The notes beneath the pieces were generated by a model. It did no database searches, had not been told where the DNA came from, and saw only the letters and a list, made by a program, of their open reading frames with translations. Of a stretch of DNA of 64,000 nt, positions 57,904-64,000 are shown piece after piece (position 1 is the first letter of the stretch; every line of letters begins with the position of its first letter). The DNA comes from Myxococcota bacterium. GTDB lineage: Bacteria; Myxococcota_A; UBA796; CAJQPC01. Position numbers and translations under genes: made by a program. Where the stretch lies: positions 32,001 through 96,000 of the forward strand of contig DASCPX010000047.1 in assembly GCA_036012755.1 (NCBI GenBank), in the 5' to 3' direction.

Positions 57904-57930
57904 TGAAGTTGTGCTGATCGCGTCCGATGA
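57904..57930 (+). promoter_or_regulatory. Sigma-28-like promoter of flgL
   Basis: TGAA-N15-TCCGATGA. Confidence 0.6.
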
Positions 57931-57938
57931 GGGACGTG

Positions 57939-58820
57939 ATGCAGATCCTCCGCTCTTCGACCCATGGCATGGCCCGCCTGCTGCAGCGCAACGCGTCACA
58001 GCTCACAGGACAGATCCGCCAGGCTGAGAGCGAGATCATCACGGGCATGTCCGTTCAGCGTCCGTCGGACGATCCCACCGCGGCGGCCCAGGCCCTGCGC
58101 CTCCAGGGCCTGATCAACGACCAGTCTGTCTACGAACGGAACTCCGTGGCGGCCCAGAGCCTCCTGGGGCAGGCCGAGACCGCGATGGCTGACGCCGGCG
58201 ATCTGCTGAAGAGGGCGAAGGAGCTCGCGATCGCAGGCGCCAGCGAGAGCTGGAGCAGCGCAGACCGCCAGGTGATGGCGACAGAGGTCGAGATGCTGCG
58301 GAGCCAGCTCCTGGATCTCGCGAACACGCGCGTGGGGACCCGGTACATCTTCTCCGGCGATGCCTACGACACAGAGGCCTTCGACGAGAGCGCTACCTAC
58401 ACCGGAGGCTCCGAGGAGCCAGTGATCCAGGTGAGCGCCAACCAGACCGAGAGCGTCGGCTTCGACGGCTCAGAGGTCTTCCAGGGCGACGTCGACCTGT
58501 TCGCGGTGCTCGAGGACCTGCAGACCGCGCTCGAAGACAACGACGCCGACGGCGTCAGCGCTGTCATCGACGATCTCACGGACGGCCACGAACAGATCGT
58601 CGAGTGGCGCGCGGTGGTCGGCCACAGCTACGCGGTGACAGAGGACGCCATCGACACGGCGGGGAACGTCGAGGCGATGCTCCAGACCGAGCTCGATGGG
58701 CTCGTCGGCATCGACGAGACGGAGGTGTACCTGCGCCTGGCCGAGCTGCGCACCGCCTACGAAGCGGCGATGCGCGTGGGCGGAACCTCCGTGTCCGGGA
58801 CCCTGTTCTCCTATCTGTAA
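57939..58820 (+). CDS. flgL: Hook-associated protein FlgL
   Basis: TGMSVQRPSDDPTAA, LAN..RYIFSG, AYEAA..TLFSYL. Start moved from 57927, which lies inside the -10 box, to ATG 57939. Confidence 0.9.
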   Translation: MQILRSSTHGMARLLQRNASQLTGQIRQAESEIITGMSVQRPSDDPTAAAQALRLQGLINDQSVYERNSVAAQSLLGQAETAMADAGDLLKRAKELAIAGASESWSSADRQVMATEVEMLRSQLLDLANTRVGTRYIFSGDAYDTEAFDESATYTGGSEEPVIQVSANQTESVGFDGSEVFQGDVDLFAVLEDLQTALEDNDADGVSAVIDDLTDGHEQIVEWRAVVGHSYAVTEDAIDTAGNVEAMLQTELDGLVGIDETEVYLRLAELRTAYEAAMRVGGTSVSGTLFSYL

Positions 58821-58851
58821 GGGTTTCGACATCCGCTCGACGATCGGGGGC

Positions 58852-58878
58852 TAATGGCCCCCTCTTTAGATCCGAGAG
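58852..58878 (+). promoter_or_regulatory. Sigma-28-like promoter of flagellin 1
   Basis: TAAT-N15-TCCGAGAG. Confidence 0.65.
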
Positions 58879-58947
58879 GTCTTGTGAGGACAGACGCAAA
58901 TCGTCCTCCAGAGACGACGACGAAAGACAAAACGCCAGGAGGAACCT

Positions 58948-59781
58948 GTGGCCATTGTCGTGAACACCAACACTGCGTCTTCCAACGCAATCAACCAACT
59001 CAACAAGAACAACCGCAACTTGATGGACAGCTTCCGTCGCATCAGCTCCGGTCTTCGCATCACGAAGGCCGCGGATGACGCAGCGGGGATGGGAGTCGCC
59101 GAGAACCTCGACGCCTCTGTCCGCAGCCTCCGCCAGGCCGCGCGCAACACCAACGACGGGATCTCCGTGATCTCGACCGCGGAAGGCGCGACCTCAGAGG
59201 TCGTGAACATCATCAAGCGCATGCGTGAGCTCGCGGTCCAGAGTGCTTCGGACACCTTGGACGACAACGAGCGCGCCTACATCCAGGAGGAGTACACCGA
59301 GCTCGCCGCCGAGGTCGATCGGATCGCCCAGGTGACGAACTTCAACGGTGTGGCGCTCTCGGAAGGCACCAACACCACGATCGATGTGCAGGTTGGCATC
59401 AACAACACCGCCAACGACCGCATCACGATCACGCTCGGCGACCTCCGCAGCACGGTGCTCGGTATCGACACCGCGTCGCTGAGTCTCTCCTCGAGCGCCG
59501 GTGCGCAGTCTGCGCTGGACACCCTCGACACCGCCCTGGACACCGTCAGCGGCTACCGCTCGGACCTCGGTGCGGTCGAGAACCGCCTGGACTCCGCCCT
59601 CGACAACCTGGAGGTCTACACTGAGAACCTCGAGGCCGCCGAGAGCCGGATCCGTGACGCTGACTTCGCGTACGAGACCGCTGAGATGAGCAAGAACCAG
59701 ATCATGCAGCAGGCCGGCGTGTCCGTCCTGGCGCAGGCCAAGTCCCTGACCGCGGGCGCACTCACCTTGCTCCAGAGCTAG
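58948..59781 (+). CDS. fliC: Flagellin (277 aa)
   Basis: VNTN, ISSGLRITKAADDAAG, RMRELAVQS, LGAVENRL, AESRIRDADFA; AGGAGG SD. Confidence 0.97.
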   Translation: MAIVVNTNTASSNAINQLNKNNRNLMDSFRRISSGLRITKAADDAAGMGVAENLDASVRSLRQAARNTNDGISVISTAEGATSEVVNIIKRMRELAVQSASDTLDDNERAYIQEEYTELAAEVDRIAQVTNFNGVALSEGTNTTIDVQVGINNTANDRITITLGDLRSTVLGIDTASLSLSSSAGAQSALDTLDTALDTVSGYRSDLGAVENRLDSALDNLEVYTENLEAAESRIRDADFAYETAEMSKNQIMQQAGVSVLAQAKSLTAGALTLLQS

Positions 59782-59805
59782 GCGAAAGCGAATACCGACC
59801 CCGCT

Positions 59806-59833
59806 GAGGGGGCCCACCCGGGCCCCCTCTTTT
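59806..59833 (+). terminator. Intrinsic terminator after flagellin 1
   Basis: GAGGGGGCCC-ACCC-GGGCCCCCTC-TTTT. Confidence 0.9.
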
Positions 59834-59891
59834 GCGTCCTTGCCCGTGATTGCGGGCATTACGCGTTTCTTACTGTTCGGCAAGACAGGGG

Positions 59892-59919
59892 TAATCGAGA
59901 TGGACGAGCCTTCCGATCA
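59892..59919 (+). promoter_or_regulatory. Sigma-28-like promoter of flagellin 2
   Basis: TAAT-N16-TCCGATCA. Confidence 0.65.
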
Positions 59920-59976
59920 ACTGGCTGGAACGCCTGGACAAGAAGTTCTGGTGCCCACTCCAAGGAGGAGAACCAA

Positions 59977-60807
59977 ATGGCTCTTACTGTCAACACGAAC
60001 GTGAGCGCGATCCGCGCCACGACTCAGCTTGGCGCCACGACCCGGAAGCTGTCCGACAGCTTCGCGCGTCTCTCGAGCGGACTTCGTATCACGAAGGCAG
60101 CCGATGACGCAGCGGGAATGGGCGTCGCCGACAACCTCGACTCCGTCAGTCGGTCCGCTCGCGTCGCGATGCGGAACGCCAACGACGGGATCTCCGTCAT
60201 CTCGACCGCGGAAGGATCCACGGCCGAGGTCACCAACATCCTGAAGCGCATGCGCGAGCTCGCTGTCCAGTCCTCGTCCGAGACGCTGGACGACGATGAG
60301 CGCGCCTACATCCAGGAGGAGTACCAGGAGCTCGCGTCCGAGGTCGATCGCATCGCGAACACGACCGAGTTCAACGGCGTCGCGCTCGCGGAGGGCACGA
60401 ACACTACCCTGGACATCCAGGTGGGTGTGAACGGCACCGCCAACGATCGCATCACCATCACCCTCGGCGACCTGCGCGGCACGGTCCTCGGAGTCGACAC
60501 TGCCAGCCTCGATCTCTCTACGAGCTCGGGTGCCCAGTCCGCCATCTCCGGCATCGACACCGCGATCGACACCGTCAACGGCTACCGCAGTGACTACGGT
60601 GCGGTCGAGAACCGGGTCGACAGCGCGCTGAACAACCTGGAGACCTATGCCTCGAACCTGGAGGCGGCCGAGTCGCGTATTCGCGACCTGGACTTCGCCA
60701 GTGAGACCGCCGAGCTCGCCAAGCTGCAGATCATGCAGTCGGCTGGTGTGAGCGTCCTCGCCCAGGCCAAGAACATGACCGCCAGCGCCGCTTCCCTCCT
60801 CGGGTAG
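59977..60807 (+). CDS. fliC: Flagellin (276 aa, paralog)
   Basis: Same conserved termini; AAGGAGG SD. Confidence 0.97.
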   Translation: MALTVNTNVSAIRATTQLGATTRKLSDSFARLSSGLRITKAADDAAGMGVADNLDSVSRSARVAMRNANDGISVISTAEGSTAEVTNILKRMRELAVQSSSETLDDDERAYIQEEYQELASEVDRIANTTEFNGVALAEGTNTTLDIQVGVNGTANDRITITLGDLRGTVLGVDTASLDLSTSSGAQSAISGIDTAIDTVNGYRSDYGAVENRVDSALNNLETYASNLEAAESRIRDLDFASETAELAKLQIMQSAGVSVLAQAKNMTASAASLLG

Positions 60808-60831
60808 CAGCGACGCCAGCTGACGCTGGCC

Positions 60832-60859
60832 TAAAGTCGGGGTCCTCTCGGTCCGATCG
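60832..60859 (+). promoter_or_regulatory. Sigma-28-like promoter of fliD-fliS
   Basis: TAAA-N16-TCCGATCG. Confidence 0.65.
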
Positions 60860-60895
60860 GAAGATCAGGTCGGGATGGACCCCGGCACTGCTTTT
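60836..60895 (+). terminator. Long hairpin (GGAA loop) followed by CTTTT, probable flagellin-2 terminator
   Basis: Arms 60836-60858 and 60863-60886 pair at 22 of 23 positions (4 G-U); a small hairpin GCCAGC-TGAC-GCTGGC at 60815-60830 precedes it. Confidence 0.65.
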
Positions 60896-60904
60896 GGGAT
60901 CTGA

Positions 60905-62248
60905 ATGCCATCCGTCGATGGAATCGCCTCCGGGCTCGACACCACCTCCCTCATCGAGGCGATCGTGTCGGTCGCGGCGGTCCCGAAGGCCACGCTCGAG
61001 AGTGAGAAGAGCGAGGTCGAGGATCAGATCGACAAGGTCGCGGACTTCAAGACCCTCCTCACGGCGGTCCAGACCGCCCTCGAGGACATCGACACCGCCG
61101 CGGAGTTCGGAAAGAGCACGGTCTCGCTCTCAGAGGAGGGATGGGTCGAGGTCGAGGTGGAGGCGGAGACCCCGCCCGGAAGCTACGAGATCGAGGTCTC
61201 CGCGCTGGCCCGCTCCGAGATGGAGGTCAGCCAGGGCTTCAGCGACGACGAGACCGCGGGCCTGGTGGCGGTCGGGGACCTCGTCGTGACCTACGCAGGC
61301 GACGCCAGCACGATCACGATCGACTCGTCGATGACGCTGCGGGACATCGCCGACGAGCTCCAGGCCATCGACGGGCTCACGTCCTACGTGATGTACGACG
61401 GCTCCAGCACCGACCCGTATCGGCTGGTCATCTTCGGCGCGGACACGGGGGTCGACAACACCCTCGAGTGGGACACGAGCGGGCTCAGCGCTGGGATCAT
61501 GCCGACCTTCACGGAGCAGGTCTCGGCCCAGGACGCCGAGCTGACGGTGAACGGGGTCACGATCTACTCAGAGGGCAACGTCATCGATGGCGCCATCCCC
61601 GGGATGGAGCTGACGCTGAACTCCGTGACGACCGACACGATCACGGCGACCGTCTCCTCGGACACGGACTCGATCGTGGCGGGGGTGGAGGCCTTCGTCG
61701 ATGCCTACAACAGCCTCGCGAGCTTCTACTCGCTGAACACGGACTTCGACGCGGACGAGGGCATTCGCGGCGCGCTCTTCGGGGACAGCACCATCCGCGG
61801 CATCATGGACGGTCTGAGCAACAAGATCTCGGATAACTGGAGTGACGACGACTACTACGGCCTCGGCAACATCGGGATCAACACGAAGCAGACAGGCAAG
61901 CTCGAGTTCGACTCGGATCTCTTCGAAGAGCAGCTGCTCGCCAACGGAGAGGAGGTCCTGGATCTGTTCACCGGGGACACCAGCTTTGGACTGACCACGA
62001 TCGAGCTCATCGACGAGACCTACCTCAGCGACGATGGGTTCATCGAGACGCGCACCGAGACGCTCGAAGAGACCGTCGAGGACCTCGAGGACTCGATCGA
62101 GACGATCGAGGATCGGCTCGAGTCCATGGAGGCCAGGCTGAGGAAGCAGTTCACGTACATGGAGACCGTGTTGGGGCAGCTCCAGACGACGCAGGGCTTC
62201 CTGTCGGCGCTGTTGAGCAGCAGCACCAGCAGCTCCAGCAGCAGCTAA
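60905..62248 (+). CDS. fliD: Flagellar cap protein FliD
   Basis: GIASGLDTTSLIE, GSYEIEVSALA, AQDAELTVNG, FVDAYN, GALFGDS, RLRKQFTYME. Confidence 0.9.
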   Translation: MPSVDGIASGLDTTSLIEAIVSVAAVPKATLESEKSEVEDQIDKVADFKTLLTAVQTALEDIDTAAEFGKSTVSLSEEGWVEVEVEAETPPGSYEIEVSALARSEMEVSQGFSDDETAGLVAVGDLVVTYAGDASTITIDSSMTLRDIADELQAIDGLTSYVMYDGSSTDPYRLVIFGADTGVDNTLEWDTSGLSAGIMPTFTEQVSAQDAELTVNGVTIYSEGNVIDGAIPGMELTLNSVTTDTITATVSSDTDSIVAGVEAFVDAYNSLASFYSLNTDFDADEGIRGALFGDSTIRGIMDGLSNKISDNWSDDDYYGLGNIGINTKQTGKLEFDSDLFEEQLLANGEEVLDLFTGDTSFGLTTIELIDETYLSDDGFIETRTETLEETVEDLEDSIETIEDRLESMEARLRKQFTYMETVLGQLQTTQGFLSALLSSSTSSSSSS

Positions 62249-62264
62249 TAGGTAGGAGGGCCCC

Positions 62265-62630
62265 GTGAAGGGAATCGCCAGGTACAAGAAGGTGGGTGTC
62301 CAGTCCGCGTCGAACGGACAGGTGCTGGTCATGCTCATGCGGGGCGCCATGCTGAAGCTGGACGAGGCCGCAGACAGCGTCGAGGTGGACCCGAAGTCCG
62401 CTGTCGAGAGGCTCCGCACGGTGCGCAAGATCTACGGCGAGTTGCTCGCCGCCCTCGATGACAGCCACGCCCCAGAGGTCTGCGGCAACCTGCGCCGCCT
62501 CTACACCTGGTGCATCCGAGAGCTCGCTCACGCCGAAAGAGACCTGGATCGCTCGAAGATCCTGGGGGTCGGGCAGGTCACCGAGACCCTCCTGGAGGCT
62601 TGGACGGGCGCGATCGCCGAGGCCCGTTGA
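62265..62630 (+). CDS. fliS: Flagellin chaperone FliS
   Basis: YKKVGVQSAS..LVMLMRGA, ELLAALD..NLRRLY, LLEAW. Confidence 0.85.
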   Translation: MKGIARYKKVGVQSASNGQVLVMLMRGAMLKLDEAADSVEVDPKSAVERLRTVRKIYGELLAALDDSHAPEVCGNLRRLYTWCIRELAHAERDLDRSKILGVGQVTETLLEAWTGAIAEAR

Positions 62631-62631
62631 G

Positions 62632-62928
62632 GTGTCTCTCCCCGGCCAGATCCGGGAGCTGACGGAGCGGGTCCGGGACGGTCGCGAGGTCGATCCGCTC
62701 GAGACGGCGGAGCTGTTCGCGAGGATCCAGGCCGCGGGCTCGTCGCTGGGCCCAGCCGACGTCAAGGAGATCGAGGAGCTGCTCGGAGATCTCGAGGTGG
62801 CCATCTACGAAGGCCAGGCCAAGGTGCAGGAGCGTCTCCAGCACAGCGGTCGCGGCCGTCGGGCGCTGAAGGGCTACGGCTACGTACGCAGCCACAAGCG
62901 CGGCCAGAGGATGCGCAAAAAGGCTTGA
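62632..62928 (+). CDS. Small helical protein in the fliT position
   Basis: GTG 62632 right after the fliS stop; ..RRALKGYG..; identity inferred from position only. Confidence 0.55.
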   Translation: MSLPGQIRELTERVRDGREVDPLETAELFARIQAAGSSLGPADVKEIEELLGDLEVAIYEGQAKVQERLQHSGRGRRALKGYGYVRSHKRGQRMRKKA

Positions 62929-62951
62929 TGCACCGCGCTGTCGTCCGATGG
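62925..62951 (+). promoter_or_regulatory. Sigma-28-like promoter of the PilZ-like gene
   Basis: TTGA-N15-TCCGATGG. Confidence 0.5.
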
Positions 62952-62959
62952 AGCGAGGG

Positions 62960-63484
62960 ATGACTCAGCGCTGGTTTCGAGTGGAGACGACCGTGGAGGT
63001 CGGATTCGAGGCGCCCCTTGCCGGGGGTGGCATGCTGCGTCCAGTCCAGGCGCGCCGGTTGGCAGTTGAAGCTCGCGAGCACCTCGACCGGCTCAGCAAC
63101 CGCCGTGACCTGGAGGTCAAGGAGGCCCTCGGGCTCGTGCTCGACGCGGTCGCCGCCATGGAGCGGGAGCTCGAGGAGATGCAGCGACGACTGCTGCTCG
63201 GCCAGCGTGGGGTCACTCTCCGCGAGCAGCCGGTCCGCATCGGCGGAGACGGCTTGTGGGTTGGCGAGAAGGTCGAGGGCGCCGTCCTCGTCCACCTCGG
63301 CCTGCGAGTCGCGGGCGCTCATCACCTTGTCTGCGCGCACGCAGTGGGCCGCACCGCACCAGGCGGCAGCGAGCTCGCGTTCACCGATCCGGACCCCAGC
63401 GTCCGGGACCTGGTCGTGGCCTTCGTCTTCGACCAGCAGCGAAAGGAGAGACGCCGTGAGCTTGACGCTTCTGCTCGGACTTAG
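62960..63484 (+). CDS. PilZ-like protein (split RxxxR / coiled coil / DxSxxG-like architecture)
   Basis: N-terminal QRWFRV, central coiled coil, RIGGDGL, C-terminal LAFTDPDPSVRDLVVAFVFDQQRK. Confidence 0.6.
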   Translation: MTQRWFRVETTVEVGFEAPLAGGGMLRPVQARRLAVEAREHLDRLSNRRDLEVKEALGLVLDAVAAMERELEEMQRRLLLGQRGVTLREQPVRIGGDGLWVGEKVEGAVLVHLGLRVAGAHHLVCAHAVGRTAPGGSELAFTDPDPSVRDLVVAFVFDQQRKERRRELDASART

Positions 63485-64000
63485 TCTCGCCTCGCCGCCC
63501 CGCCCGGTCCCTCCGACCGAGGCAGCACCAGAGGCCGAGGGCGCCGTGTCGTTCACCGGTGTGGGGCTGTATTTCCGGGGTGTCGGCGAGGCCTGGGACG
63601 AGCCGGAGCTCGGCCGGGTCTACCGCCCGAACGCCTTGATGGGGGGAGTCGGCCTCGTCGTGCCCTTCCACCGCTACGCTCAGATCGACCTCGAGGTCGC
63701 CTACGAGCGCATGTCGGGTCAGCACATCGATCGGGACACGCTCGAGCCCCTCGACAAGACAGCCACCATCGAGCTGGCGCCGATCTCCCTCCTGGTCGAG
63801 GGGCGGATGCCCTTTGGAGCCGGTTCCCATGTCTACGTGGGAGTCGGGCCGACCGCGACGCTGTTCAAGGAGGAGCACGAGCCCTTCACCAGCTCCGAGG
63901 AGGACACGCTGGCCTCCGGGATCACCAGTGGCACCAAGATCGGCGGCGAGGCTCGTGTCGGAGTCCGGCTGATGACCGGGCTGGTCAGTCCTTCCTACAG
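63456..64000 (+). CDS. Putative outer-membrane beta-barrel protein (partial, runs off window end)
   Basis: Not in the ORF track. AAGGAG SD, GTG 63456, MSLTLLLGLSLA signal, beta-strand pattern (AQIDLEVAYER, HVYVGVGP). Confidence 0.65.
   Translation, partial: MSLTLLLGLSLASPPRPVPPTEAAPEAEGAVSFTGVGLYFRGVGEAWDEPELGRVYRPNALMGGVGLVVPFHRYAQIDLEVAYERMSGQHIDRDTLEPLDKTATIELAPISLLVEGRMPFGAGSHVYVGVGPTATLFKEEHEPFTSSEEDTLASGITSGTKIGGEARVGVRLMTGLVSPSY

Noticed and set aside
58861..58947. c-di-GMP-I riboswitch in the fliC1 leader (GACGCAAA, GAAA)
   Set aside because: The upstream GGCAAA element and P2/P3 order are missing; better explained as a 5' hairpin GAGGAC..GTCCTC (58886-58908).

Overview
High-GC, gene-dense bacterial chromosomal window. 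Sequence signatures (MopE-type Cys/Asp repeat proteins, MYXO-CTERM-like tails, a Ser/Thr kinase-STAND protein, FHA protein) point to a Myxococcota-like lineage; this is inference, with no rRNA marker present. Contents: 5' part of hflX; an NfeD-flotillin-flotillin operon; a dispersed alpha-glucan utilisation set (two GH13 lipoproteins, a GH15-like enzyme, a LamB-like porin, a MalK/MalE-MalF/MalG ABC transporter); a hipBA-type toxin-antitoxin pair with four operators; a kinase-STAND-TM-pentapeptide protein; a 1.69-kaa surface protein; and a ~16.5-kb flagellar cluster (flhA, fliA, flgFGAHIJMNK, flgL, 2x fliC, fliD, fliS) flanked by degenerate c-di-GMP modules. Main findings: (1) the giant protein reads as an in-frame TraA-like/TraB-like polyprotein, with an internal MYXO-CTERM-like signal whose RRRR tail runs directly into a second Sec signal peptide; (2) about 11 sigma-28-like promoters sit upstream of flhA, fliA, the giant protein and a distant small gene, suggesting an unusually flat FliA regulon with several leaderless mRNAs; (3) most secreted proteins have ultra-short, charge-less signal peptides; (4) five genes carry frameshifts or deletion junctions, which could be decay or assembly error. 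I found no tRNA, rRNA, CRISPR array or transposase.
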